Notes: generated from the sequence alone by a model not told the origin. DNA of 64,000 bases from Octopus vulgaris (GCA_951406725.2 OX597841.1:19964001-20028000), one strand, 5' to 3'; shown: positions 28,727 to 42,759, counted from the stretch's first letter. Translations and numbers: made by a program.

Positions 28727-29763
28727 CCTAGTTAATGGGGGGGGGGTGCTCGGAGAGTGTTACCACTAGAATAAGAATAGCCTGGGCAAAGTTTAGAAAG
28801 CTCTTACCCCTACTGGTGACAAAGGGTCTCTCGCTCAGAGTGAAAGGTAGATTGTACAATGCATGTGTGCGAACTGCCATGCTTCACGGTAGTGAAACAT
28901 GGGCTGTGACTGCAGAGGACATGCGTAGGCTTGAAAGAAATGAAGCTAGCATGTTCCGCTGGATGTGTAATGTCAGTGTGCATGCACGGCAGAGTGTAAG
29001 CACCCTGAGAGAAATGCTGGACATAAGAAGCATCAGATGTGGTGTGCAAGAGCGACGCTTGCGATGGTATGGTCATGTACTATGGATGGATGAGGAGAGA
29101 TGTGTGAAGAAGTGCCACTTCCAAACAGTTGAAGGAATCCAGGGTAGAAGTAGACCCAGAAAGACATGGGATGAGGTGGTCAAGCATGACCTTCGAACAT
29201 TAGGCCTCATAGAGGCAATGACGAAAGGCCGAGACCTCTGGAGGTATTCTGTGACTGCAAAGACCCAGCAAATAAAATGAGTTTATGGCTGTATCCTACA
29301 CCAGTTTCCCATAACCATCCCCAACTCATTCAAAAGTACCCCGGAACGTAGGGCAACCTGCTGTGCTTGAAGAGACCTATTGAGTCAAGTACATCAACAG
29401 CAAAATGAAAATCAAATGGAAATTGTAGTTGTGATACCTCTGCCAGTGGCACATAAAAAGCACCATCCAAACATGGGCGATGCCAGCACTGCCTTGACTG
29501 GCTTCTGTGCCAGTGGCAGGTAAAAAGCACCAACCGATCATGGCCATTGCCAGCCTCCTCTGGCCCCTGTGCCAGTGACACGTAAAAAGCACCTACTACA
29601 CTCATGGTGTGGTTGGTGTTAGGAAGGGCATCCAGCTGTAGAAACATTGCCAGATCAGACCGGAGCCTGGTGCAGCCTCCTGGCTTCACAGACCCCGGTC
29701 GAACCATCTAACTCGTGCTAGCACGGAAAGCGGACATTAAACGATGATGATGATGATGATGAT
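28727..29763 (+). mobile_element. 5'-truncated RTE LINE (ORF2 C-terminus plus 3'UTR)
   Basis: 181-aa ORF GGCSESVTTRIRIAWAKFR...RRLRWYGHV...RPRKTW; (GAT)n tail. Confidence 0.95.
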
Positions 29764-30841
29764 ATATATATATATATATATATATATACGATGGGCTTCT
29801 TTTCAGTTTCTGTCTAACAAATCCATTCATAAGGCTTTGGCAGGCCCAAGGCTATAATAGAAGACACTTGTCCAATGTGCGGCACAGTGGGACTGAACCT
29901 AGAACCCTGAGAAACAAGCTTCTTACCACACAGCCATACATGCACATATATATACATATACACATACATACATCAATATATAAATAAATATATATAAATA
30001 TATAGGGAGAGACTTCACAAAAAATATATATATTCCCCAATTCATTTTCTTTCTGCTTTCTAACAAATCTGGTATTTCACTCTTTCTCTCTCTTTGAAAT
30101 TTTCCACAAGTTTGCATTATTCTTCATTTCAATCTTATTATTCTGCTCAACCACAAAACAATCTACCTTTTACACATGGACAAGGCATGCATCAGGAATC
30201 ATTGCATAGTTTGGACTTTAAATTGTGGCACAAGGCCAGCAATTTCGGGGTGTGGTGGGGGTGGATTACATCAACCCCGGTGCTCAACTGATATTTATTT
30301 TATTGACCACAAAAGGATGATGAATAGACAAGGTTGACTTCAGCCGAGTTGGAACAAAAGCATTTCGCTGGGAACAATAACAACTCTAACAGTTTGCCGC
30401 CTTCAGTTATATTAAATAATTTCGCTTGAGTAAGTTTAGCTGCTGCACATTGCAGTTGCGGATGCTAAGTGAATTCTCACATTACACCAGTAATATAACA
30501 ACACTGCCAGTGTTTGGCGGGATCTACATCTTGCTTTTCCTGCCTCCTCCTCGTGGGTCTCCCAGCTCCCTAGCATCCTCCTCTTTTTTCTCTTTATTTG
30601 AATTGTTTTCTTCTATTCTAATACTTCTTTTTTATTTGTTTCAGTCAGCTGACTATGGCCATGCTGGGGCACCGCCTTGAAGGATTTTAGTTGAACAAAT
30701 TGACCTCAAGACTTATTTTTTTAAGCTTAGTACTTGTTTTATCAGTCTCCCTTGCCAAACCACTAAGTTACGGGAACATAAACACACTAAAACTGGTCAT
30801 CAAGTGATGATAGGGGACAAACACAGATACAAGGACACAAA

Positions 30842-30885
<44 letters not shown>

Positions 30886-31640
30886 TACATATACAATGTG
30901 CTTTTTTTCAGTTTCTGTCAACCAAATCCACTCACAAGGCTTTGGTCGGCCCAAGGCTTAGAGTAAAAGACATTTGCCTAAGGTACCATGCAGTAGGACT
31001 GAACCTGTAACCATGTGGTTGGTAAGCAAGTGTCTTACCACACAGCCACACCTGCACCTAAATTACTCTTAACTCCGTAAAACCTTAAATTTACCACTCA
31101 CTTTCTGTAGGTCTGTTTCATCTCCTATTTGTTTCAGTCATTAAACTGTGGCCATGCTGGGGCACTGCTTTGATGAATTCATAGTCAAAATGAATCAACC
31201 GCAGTACTTATTTTTTTCTAAAGCCTGGGACTTACTCTATTGGGCATGGGAATGTAAACAAACAAGCAGTAATAGGGGTCAAACACAGACACACACACGC
31301 ACACACACACTCATGTATACAATGGGCTTCTTTCACACTTTCATCTTTCGACTGCAACGCCCTCTCTCCTCACGGGTTTGAAAACGTCCAATCACGGACT
31401 TCTTTCAATGAAACGTGTTCATCTTACTTTAGTAAACTAAAACATGTCCTAAAAATTCTAGAAAGTAATTAATTCAATAAAGCAGAGTAACTTTAAAAAT
31501 AAACAAAAGTTTCAGGCACACACACACGCACAATGGTTTTATAAGTGGTACTCAAAGAAGATAAAGCTATAAATAATAGTAGTATGTAAATATTAGGTTT
31601 AAAAAAACACAAGTATGGAAGAAGTCAATAGCTGCACATT

Positions 31641-31990
<350 letters not shown>

Positions 31991-32486
31991 TTACAGAAAG
32001 TGATTCAGTTCCATGCAACTTCAAATGCTTTTCAATAATACATGTAACTCCTATTAAAATATGTTGAATGCCCTTTCCCTTCGTCTGCCCACTCACTTGC
32101 GTGTGTGTGTGTGTATCTTTCATCCTTGGCTTGTTTCAGTCATTAGACCGTGGCCATGCTGGGTTTCTGCCTTGAAGAATTTTTAGTCAAATCAATCAAC
32201 CCCAGTACTTTTTCTATTCATCTCTTTCACCGAGCAGCCAAGTTACACAAACATAAACACACTAAAACTGGTGGTGGTAGGTGACTAACACAGACACAGA
32301 CACACACACACACACATATATATGACAGGCTTCTTTCAGTTTCCGTCTACCAAATCCATTCACAAGGCTTTGGTTGGCCTGGGGCTATAAAAGAAGACAC
32401 CTGCCCAAAGTGTCATGCAGTGGAACTGATCCTGGAACCATGTGGTTGGGAAGCAAGCTACTTATCACCACAAAGCCATGCCTGCA

Positions 32487-32554
<68 letters not shown>

Positions 32555-33945
32555 TATATATATATATTATCCAAAGTGTGCAGTATTATATATCCATAAT
32601 GGCCGATCTTGCCAATCAGTTTTGTGCTAGGGGTCCAACAGAGTGTTAGATAACAATCCGATTAAGTAACCTTGTGCTCATCAGAGGTATCCAATATGGA
32701 ATGAAATATGTATGTTTTATTTATGGAAGATTTTACTTTATCTCACTTTAAGAGAGGAACTTTGTATCTTAGAACCAAAGATAGCAGGTTGGCATCAAAA
32801 CAGTTAAGGGTACAGATGATGGTGGAATGCAAAGTCAGTTCTATGCTAATTCAGTTGATTGAACAAAATCTGAAGGAAAACTTCCTGTTCTTGAATTGTA
32901 GCTTTGGTTCTGAAAACATCATGAGGGATAGTGAAATGAGGCACATGAACTAGAGGTTAGAGTGTGGTTTCAATTCCTGGTCTGGGTGACACGTTGTGTT
33001 CATGAGCAAAACATTTCATTTCACGTTGCTCTGGTCCACTCAGCTGGCAAAAATGAGTAATTCTGCCACAAAGCTGAATCCTGTCCAGGTCATGGAAACT
33101 GGGAAACTGACCCTTATTAGTTGATACGACTCAAGAAGGAAACTTTACCTTTAGCTTTCCAGAAGCAATTGTGATTCGTCTAAGTGTGTGCAGTTCATGT
33201 GTTATTACACACACGAGCTGAATCAACCCCTTTTTTACCATATTTCTTTTGAAAGACACTGACTTTCTTTCAATTGATTTTACAAATAATGAAGAAATTG
33301 AAATAATTTTGTCATTATTAAAGCAGGTGTTTGGGACAAAAATTAATATGAAATTTTGAAGAAAGTTTTTTTTAATTTAAATCACTTCAAAATAGGAGGT
33401 TTGGTATCATAGGACCAGGAGTAGTCTGAGGCCAGTTGGTATCGAAAGGGTTCATGTTTTCTGATAGGGGTAGTGATTGTGGCTTACATGACAAAATTGT
33501 TCATGGAATCTAGGCAGATGTGGCATAAGGTGTTGAGGGTAGATTGCACATGGAGAAAATTTGGGTTTAGAAAGTTAGCAGTGCCATTTCAAGGTATGGG
33601 TTCACTGAGCAGTTACCCAGGGACCTTATGGATCTAGGGGCCCAATTCTGATCTATGCCTGCTGTGACTTGCTATTAATTAAAATGATGTTAACATCTCT
33701 GATGAGAACCCAAAAACTTTCAAAAATTCAATTAGTGCTCCTCGTTATTCTTTCAATTTATAAAGTAATAATTAAATTTTCATAGACACACGTGTGGCTG
33801 TGTGGCAAGAAGCTTGCTTCCCAACCACATGGAGCCGGGTTCAGTCCCACTGCATGGCACCTTGGGCAAGTGTCTTCTACTATAGCCTCAGGCTGACCAA
33901 AGCCTTGTGAGTAGATTTGGTAGACAGAAACTGAAGGAAGCTATC

Positions 33946-34018
<73 letters not shown>

Positions 34019-34350
34019 GGGAATATCATTCCAAACTTACAAGGAAAAGTTCAATTTAGTAATACTAAATCAAATTTCACAATATAAAATATATGTATAT
34101 AAATTGGAGAAGAACCACCTTTTATGAATTCAACAATGAAATAACAATGATATAATTAAATTATACCATATAGAAAAAAATTAAATGTACGATAACATAT
34201 ACTAATAATTAAGTAAAGTACAAAATAATAAATAAAAAGTATATTATATACCTTTTTATATAATTTTTTTCTATATGGTATAATTTAATTCTATCATTGT
34301 TATTTCATTGTTGAATTCATAAAAGGTGGTTCTTCTCTAATTTATATACA

Positions 34351-34362
<12 letters not shown>
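34019..34362. mobile_element. TA/TAA-flanked element with ~100-bp inverted arms (34082-34182 / 34261-34362), inserted in a SINE
   Basis: GGAGAAGAACCACCTTTTATGAATTCAACAATG... and its reverse complement; SINE head at 33790-33945 and SINE tail at 34400-34575. Confidence 0.75.
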
Positions 34363-34398
<36 letters not shown>

Positions 34399-34614
34399 AT
34401 GTGTGTGTTAGTGTCAGTATCATTTGACAACCAGTGTTGGTGTGTTTAGGTCCCTATAACTTAGCAGTTCAGCAACAAGCGACTGATAGACTAAGTACCT
34501 GGCTTAATAAAAAATAAGTGCTAGGGTCAATTCATTTGACCAAAAATTCTTCAAAGCGGTGCCCCAGTATGGCTAAAACGGGTACGGACAGTTGCATAAA
34601 GAAGTGCTAAACTG

Positions 34615-34940
34615 TAAATGTGAAGGTTACCTGTGGAAGGGGTGGACCCAGGAAGGCATGAGGCAAAGGGGTGGACCCAGGAAGGCATGAGGCAAAGGGG
34701 TGGACCCAGGAAGGCATGAGGCAAAGGGGTGGACCCAGGAAGACATGAGGCAAAGGGGTGGACCCAGGAAGGCATGAGGCAAAGGGGTGAGAAAGTGACA
34801 AGGGACTGGCAGATATCAAGGTTTGCTGTACTTGATAAGAAGACACGTCAAGCCAAGCAAAAGCCATCCACGCAGACAGGCCGGTCCTTTGCAGGTGCTG
34901 ATGCCACGTAAAAGAACAGCCATGTCGGTGCCGTGTAAAA
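34615..34940 (+). mobile_element. Old RTE 3' remnant containing a 29-bp tandem repeat x5 (34638-34788)
   Basis: Unit GGGGTGGACCCAGGAAGGCATGAGGCAAA corresponds to the GRPRKTW-coding segment of the RTE ORF. Confidence 0.8.
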
Positions 34941-35716
34941 GATTATAGGGTCCCTTGCAGTGATTTGGTCAGGGGCTTATATTGCTACTGAGAGGACAGT
35001 GAGGGAAATGAAGGGTGACGACATCTGTATAGCAGAAGGCATTGTTAGTGGTGAGAGCCAGTAGGAAGGTCACTGACATAGGAGGAAGAAGAATAAAGTG
35101 CACAACACATTGGAATCGAAAGGGTCCTGGGCAGAGAAAGCGTCGTCAGCACACACACATCATCATCATCATCATCATCATAATGCAATTGTATAGGAAA
35201 ACACTGATGAAACAGACATGGGATGAATGCAACCGTAGAAGGGTGGGTGTAGGGCTGCAGTTTTAATAGGAGATTCACCTACCAAATATGGTCAAAGGCT
35301 TTTGTTTTTTGGAGGTCAAGAACAACAACAGTGCTGTCACCAAACTTCTCAGGATAAGGGATATGGGAGACTTACACGACAGGTAGACTTTTGCTTAGCA
35401 ATCACAAGATCCTGGTTTCAATCCTGCTGCATGGGAACTTGGGCAAGCCTCAGGGCCGTCAAAGCCTTATGGGAAGAAGTTGGGTACATGAAAACAGTGT
35501 GAAAGCCTATTGAATGGATTACCCCCATAATTCAAACGATCGGCCTTGTCACATGCTGCATCATTCCGATTTGGCCTTAGGAGTACATTAAGGGTACATA
35601 TGTCTGTGAAATATCCATCCATATCTACAGTAATTCAGTGAGCAGGCAGCTCGGTTGATCAGATAATTCAATATTTATTGTAAAATTCGATCCATTTGAG
35701 AGAGGGGGGGAGGGGT

Positions 35717-35769
<53 letters not shown>

Positions 35770-36463
35770 AAAAAAGAAAGAAAGAAAGAAAGCATCTATT
35801 ATTTATTAGAAGGCGGCGACAAGCTGGCATGATGGTTAGCGTGTTGGACAAACTATTTGGCGGCATTTCTTCAGGCTCTTTCGATTCTGAGTTCAAATTA
35901 CGTCGAGGTCAACATTGCTTTTCATACGTCTGTGACCAATAAAATAAGTGCCGGTTGTGTAATGGGATCGGGTAATCGGTTAACCCCCTCCACTGAAAAT
36001 TGCTGGCCCTGTTTTAAAATTTGAAACAATCAGAGATGTTTAATTAGATGCTGATAGAGCCGGATGGTTAACAATTTCACTTTCCAACCATGAGAAGGTC
36101 CAGGATTTGAACACCCTGTACGGCTTCTCGGTCTTATAACCTAACTTCTGGTCGACCCAAGCATTGTGAATGAAACTGCGTTGACAGAAATCGAATGGAA
36201 GGACCATGGATTGTACAAGGGATTCAAAAGGCCAGCCTTCTCTCTCTCCCTCTCACACACACAGTACTATTCATACTAATTCCGGCTGAGGAATATTCAG
36301 CCACTTACACGTCATCATCATTTCTGTACTTATTTATAGATATGCGGCTATATATATATATACAAATTTATAGGTATGTATGAATGTATGAGGCGTCTAT
36401 ACACATATATATATTTATGTATTTATAATGTGTACGTATGTATGTGTTTATGTAAAGGTTTAT

Positions 36464-36500
<37 letters not shown>

Positions 36501-36505
36501 GTATT

Positions 36506-36554
<49 letters not shown>

Positions 36555-36931
36555 ATTTATTGTTTTATGTTTGTTTAAAAAAAACGACAAGGAGAGAATA
36601 ATGAATGTGAGTGTGCGTGTGTGCATACACGAACTCCCGGCCCTCGAGTCACTCTGTTGTCGATTATAAATAATTTATACATACATACATTGAAAACTGA
36701 AACTAGTAACCTTAGAAGGCCTTTGTTCTTGCTTTTTTGGGATGTTTTTTTCTTTCAGGCTCACATTTCCGATCGTCAGATGGCAAAAATGGAAACATGA
36801 AACTAGAAGTAGCGATCGCAAGTAAAGGTACCCGTTTGCAACACACACTCACACACATCCTATCATATATACATGCTATATATATATATATATATATATA
36901 TACTTATATGTGTGTATGTATCGTAACTTAC

Positions 36932-37133
36932 CTGATTTAACGACTGAGACGGCTTCTTCGGCGGACACCCAGTTCTGTTCGCGTTCCGGGTACGGGTGGA
37001 ACGGTTCCATCGTGCCGGCATAGAAACCCCTAGTAATAGCCCAACTGGCTCTGCTGGCCCCACATACCCCATTTGATGCGATCTTGGGATGGTAGCGGCC
37101 CACAAGCCGGTTTAGAACTCTCAGAGACGACAT
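36932..37133 (-). CDS. First coding exon of a probable mitochondrial acetyl-CoA hydrolase / 4-hydroxybutyrate CoA-transferase family protein
   Basis: ATG at 37133; MSSLRVLNRLVGRYHPKIASNGVCGASRASWAITRGF is an Arg/Ser-rich, acid-free targeting-like peptide; then EPFHPYPEREQNWVSAEEAVSVVKS-G, matching the family N-terminal 'SAEEAV..(V/I)KSG' motif; consensus phase-1 donor TCAG|GTAAGT at 36932/36931; CpG-rich context. Confidence 0.82.
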
Positions 37134-37400
37134 CACTTCAATACTTTCGCTGACCGACTTAAAAGAATTTGGCGAAGTTGTTTAAGGACGACACAAAAAG
37201 TAGAAATATATTTATAAATTATAAATGAACGTATTTTTATGTATTGCAAATGTGAGCCGCCGTCTGTTCTTTGTGCCGCAAGTGTTCCTTTATAAACGTG
37301 TTGATGTGTCTTTAAAAAACCACGAAGGATCAACTGCCGGATTAGCTGGGACCCCTTAAACGCCGAATGATGGTTCTCGTCTTCTTTGACTCCTCAGACA
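37134..37400 (-). promoter_or_regulatory. Putative 5'UTR / promoter of the CoA-transferase gene
   Basis: Repeat-free, CpG-enriched stretch immediately upstream of the ATG. Confidence 0.5.
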
Positions 37401-37409
37401 ACTGCAGCA

Positions 37410-39180
37410 GCAGCAGAGGAACGGTTGGAGAGGCACGGTTGGAGAGGGTGGTGAATGTTTGCAGAGGAGCAGGAGGAGGAGAAGCGCTTGGTGGAGATGG
37501 ATGGTTGGGGAAAATATATGAAGAACAGAGAAAGGGAGGGGATGAGGAGCAAGAGTGTTAAGAGGAGAGAGGGGGAGGGAGAAAGAGAGATGGAGTAAGA
37601 CAGAGAAAAATGCAATGAATTATAAAGAGGGGAAGTTTTTAGAGGAGCAGAATGTAACATGTGAGTTGCGCAAGAGTAAGAGTGACAGAGGAGAAAGAGA
37701 AAGAGTAATCGAGTAAATAAAAGATAGGGAGGAAGAGAGGGGGAAGTGATCTGAAAGTAGTTGTGGTAATGGTGAGGCGGAGGGGGAGTATAGAAGGATG
37801 TGAATGAGAAAGAGGTGCGACTCTTTAGAGGGAGGGGAGTGCACGTAAGAGTTGCACAAGAGTAGCGGGGGAGAAGGAGAAAGAGCTATAAAAGCGAAAG
37901 GGGGAAGTTCTTTAGAAAAACAGAAGGTAACGTAGTGGATGCACAAGAGTTGCAGGGGCAGAGGAGGAGACGGAGAGAGAATCGAGAAATAGAAAGAGGG
38001 GAAGTCTTTAGATAAGCAGAACTTAGAGTGTGAGTTATGCAAGAGTAGCAGGGGCAGAGAAGAGAGAGAGCAATGAATTAAAAAGAGGAAGTTTTAGAGA
38101 AGCAGAATTTAGTGTGTGGGTTGCGCAAGAAAGAGAAAGAGCAATGAATTCAAAAGAGGATGAGTTTTTAGAGAAGGAGAACTTAGCATGGGAGTTGCGC
38201 AAGAATAGTAGAAGGGATGAGGAGAAAGAGAGGAAGGCATTAGAGATGCAGCATTTAGAATGATGGTAAGAGAGGAAGAACATTATTACAAGACAAAAAT
38301 AATAAAAGGTGAAGCAACGTGTGTGAAATAAGAGAAAGAGAAAGATAGAGGAGAAATGGGCAAAATAAATAATATGTAGAGGGAGAGGAGTTGGAAGTAG
38401 TTATATTGGCAGCAAAGCAATTAGAGAACCGTTGAGGAGGAGGAGGTGTAACAACTAGAAGTTAAAAGAGAGAGGGGGAGGTTGCAGGATGAGGAAGAGG
38501 AAAAATTGGAGTTAGGAAGGGGAGGGTAAGGACACCCGCCGCCGCCGCAGCAGGATAGTGTTTTGGTGCAGCGGTACTGACTGCGGTAGGAGGAAGGTGA
38601 GCGAGGGAAGGGCGGCGGCAGCGGCGGCGGCGATCGTCGGCTTTTGCCGCGTATTGTTTTGGCATTGCAACATTAGGACTGGAGTAAGGGAGATGGAGAG
38701 GAACAGAAGAGAGAGAGACGAAGTAGATAGGAAAATAGTAAAGGAAAGTGAGGAAGGAAGGAAGAAAAGAGAGGAAGTGAATATTAGAGAGAGAGAAGGG
38801 GAGAGACGAAGCGGATAGAAAAATAGTAAAAGGTAGAGGGATAGAGAGAGAGAAGAAGAGAGGAAAGAAGGAAACTGGATATGAGATTGAGAGGGAGAGA
38901 CGAAGTGGATAGAAAAATAGTAAAAGGTAGAGAGAAAGAAAGGGGAGAAAGTAAATATCGAAAGTAGAAAAGTAAAAAAGGCGGAGAGAGTGAGAAGGGG
39001 AGGAGAGTAAATGTGAAGAATGAGAGTGGGAAAGTGTAAATAGGAAGGGAAAGCTAGGAGAGAGAGAGAGAGAGAGAGAGAGACGGAAAGTGCAAATTGC
39101 TAGACTAAGGGAGGGAGAGATAGAGAAGGATTGGTGGGAGGGAAAGTAATGGAGAGAGAGAGAGAGGGGAAAAGGAAAAA
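37410..39180. repeat. Polypurine tract with degenerate ~80-bp tandem units and an embedded GCC/GGC CpG island (38530-38650)
   Basis: Recurring GAGGGGAAGTT(T/C)TTAGAG..GCAGAA...GAGTTGC(G/A)CAAGAGTA (37.6-38.25 kb) and GAGAGACGAAG..GATAG.AAAATAGTAAA x3 (38.7-38.95 kb). Confidence 0.8.
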
Positions 39181-39569
39181 CAGCTTCAATGTCACCTTAA
39201 TTTAACTTCAGACAAGAGAGGTCTTGAAAATATAACACACAACGAATGGCTGGATGGAAGCACGTGTGTCGTGGAGGGAAACACGAGGCACTTGCAATAT
39301 TTCACTGAAAGCATAAAGTTCGCAAACCTATTTCTTTACTACCGACAAGGTGATAAACATAGAGGAGACAGACAAACGGGTTGAGTCGATTACATCGACC
39401 CCAGTGCGTAACTGGTACTTAATTTATCGACCTCGAAAGGATGAAAGGCAAAGTCGACCTCGGTGGAATTTGAACTCAGAACGTAACGGCAGACGAAATA
39501 CCGCTAAGCATTTCACTCTTTCTGATTTTCGGACGATTCTGAAAAATGGTTATATAGTCGACGGAATCC

Positions 39570-40070
39570 TTGTTTAAGCCCCCCCCTCCCCTATAAGCCC
39601 TCGTAACTTTTTCTGTTTTGGGAAAGTTTCAGAAATTTTTTTGCGAATTTGTGTTCTACACACGAGAATTTATGAGGTTATAAATTTTTTTTTGTCATTT
39701 TTAACCCTTCCCCACCATAAATCCTAAAAGTTCCACTCCTTTTCGAATTTTTTTTTTAAATCAGAGTTTAAAATACGGACAGTCTGAATTTTTGCTCAAA
39801 TCCCAGCTATGGACCTCCCTTGGATGCATAATCAATCCATTAAATATGTTTCTGGGGAGAAAAATATTGAAAAACATCGATACATATCAGAGTGATAAAG
39901 AAACAAGGAAGGTGTCAAGTGGTCATGAGATGAGCTAAAATAGCAGCTATACCACCCTTTTTTTCTTTTTTTTGCATTATAGTATGAATTCCCTTATGTA
40001 GAACACAAATTCGCAAACATTTTCAGAAAATACCGAAAAATGAAAAAAGTTTTGAGGGGTTCTTAAACCA
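39570..40070. mobile_element. MITE-like element with long imperfect inverted arms
   Basis: TTTGCGAATTTGTGTTCTACA (about 39640-39660) versus TGTAGAACACAAATTCGCAAA (about 39998-40018), with similarity extending outward to TTAA-containing ends. Confidence 0.55.
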
Positions 40071-42721
40071 GAATAATCTTAGATGTCCACTTTCCCAATC
40101 AAGGGATGAGTTTGAACGAGTTGTATGCAAACCAATTTGGGATCCACATTATTTGTGCATGTTGATTTTAGATAGTTCTCTTATTCTTTCACTTGTTTCA
40201 ACCATTTGACTGTGCTACAGCACCACTCTGTGGTGTTTTTAGTTCAACAAATCTTATTTTTAAGCCTGGTATTTATTTTATCAGTTTCTTTTAGCAAACT
40301 GCTAAGTTATGGCAACATAAACAAACAAGCATGCATTGCCAAGCCAATGTGGGGGAAGAAGCAGACAATGAGACACACACACGAACACGTGTGTGTGTGT
40401 GTACAATGGGTTTAGTGAAGGCAGATGGCTTAGTGGTTAGGGTATTCTGGTCACAATCACAAGGTCATGAGTTCAGTTCCTGCCAATGCATTGTGACCTT
40501 GAGCAAGACACATTTTTCATGTTGCTCCAGTCCACTCAGCTGGCAAAAATGAGTTTTAGCTGTAATTCATAGAGCCAGCCATGCCACTCACTGCGTTCCC
40601 TCAGTACTAAGTTAAAGGTACTTGTGTCTGTGGAGTACTCAGCCACTTGCACATCAATTTCATGATTGAATCAACTGGAACCCTTGTCATCAGAACCAAC
40701 AGAGTGCCAATTATGAATGGCTTCCACAAAGTTTCCATGTACCAGATCTCCTCAATGGTCATTAGTCGGACTGTGGCTATAGTAGAAGACACTTGCCCAA
40801 GGTGCCATGCAGTGGGACTGAACCCAAAACCATATGATTTCAAAGCAAGTTTTTTTTAACCTAGCCATGCTTACACCTTGTTGCTTTCTGCAGTGATGGC
40901 CAGTTTTTATTGTAGTCGTCGTCTTTGCACCAATGACCATGGCTGACTGCCAGTCCATACCCAGTTCTTCAGAATATGCACCATTTCTGCATACGTCTGA
41001 GCTTGGGGAGTCCCAAACTGACAACACCTCCACCACCTCCACCACCAACCAAAGGAGATATCTGTTATCCTTTATCTTTTACTTGTTTCAGTCATTAAAC
41101 TGTGGCCATGCTGGGGCACCTCCTGGAAGAACTTTTTCTTGAATCAATTGACACCAGTACTTATCTTTCTTTTCTTAAATAGTCTGGTACATATTTTTTC
41201 AGTATCTTTTGCTGAACTGCTAAGTTACAGGGACATTAACATACCAATACCAGTTTTCAAGTGATGGTAGGGGACAAACACAGACACAGACACAGACACT
41301 CCAGATAGTGTACGGGATGGCTTTTATGCGTCACTGGCACAGGTGCATTTAATGTGTCACCAACACAGGTGCCAATTACATGTCACCAGCTCAGGTGTCT
41401 TTGTGTGTCACTTGCATGGCTGTCTTTTGCAAATCACCCGCACGGGTGCCTCACAAGTGTCACTGGCACAGGTGCCTTTCACATGTTATCAGCACTGGCC
41501 TCAACTACAATTTCACTTCGCTTGGAATCATGTCTTATCAAAGCCCATTAATGTCCCCACAAGTCTTGGTCACTTCTAATCACCTCCATCAGACTCGTTT
41601 ACTTAATATCTCATGGCTTCCTGCGTTTAGCCTCTCCACACGTGCCCTCCACGATTAGAGCTCAGCACTTATTTATGCAGCTGTCCTTGTAAAGAAGTGC
41701 TGATCTCTATCTGCACTTGCAAATTAATTTAACGGCCTTTTCATCAATCGCAGCAAGACAAAGTTGTGCTACGAAACAACTGGGGTCAACTGGGGTCAAC
41801 TGGGGTCAACCTGCTGCCACACTAACCTTTGTTATCAACATTGCCCTGTTGTTCACTTAACTTGGAAAATACTTTGACAGTTACGTCTCAAACAGAACTT
41901 CAAAGGACAAAACATGTCAATACATGCCATAGAGATTACACAGGGTGGAAAGTGAATTCAACTCGGTTTTCTACAAAAACATGTCTGCAACAATAAAGAT
42001 TTCTGTCTGTCACACACTCTTTCTCTCTCTTACACACACACACACATAGAGTTGCTTGGTCTCACAGAAACAACGTGTATGTATTTATCTCACCTGGATA
42101 CACAGGTAATGTAAGAATACGAATGTATAACTAGCCATAGGTACATATCTTTTATCCTTTATCTCGTTTCAGACATTAGACTGTGGCCATGCTGGGGCAC
42201 CATCTTGAAGAATTTCAGTTGAACAAATTGACCCCAGGACTTTTCTTCTTTTTTCAATCCTGGAACTTCTACTGTTGATCCCTTCTGCAGAACCACCAAG
42301 TTACACACACACACACACACACACCAACACCAGTTGTCAAGGAGTGGTAAAGGGACAAACACAGGCACAAACACACACACATATACATATATATATTTAC
42401 ACATATATGTATAGGCTTCTTTCAGTTTCCATCTACTAAATCCTCTCACAAGACTTTGGTTGTCCCAAAGCTATAGTAGAAGTCACTTGCCAGAGGTGCT
42501 GCACAGTGGGATTGAACCCAGAAACATGAGGTTAGAAAGCAAGCTTCTTACCACACAGCCATTCAATATCGATTTATTTATCTATGTATCTATCTATCTA
42601 TTTATCTATACATACATACAAACATACATACATACACACATACATACATGCATACATACATACATATACATACATACATACATACATACATTCATACATA
42701 CATGCATACATACATACATAA

Positions 42722-42759
<38 letters not shown>

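Noticed and set aside
40880-41020. Exon-like segment on the minus strand
   Set aside because: ELGMDWQSAMVI.. fits a decayed RTE ORF2 C-terminus better, and other frames contain stops.
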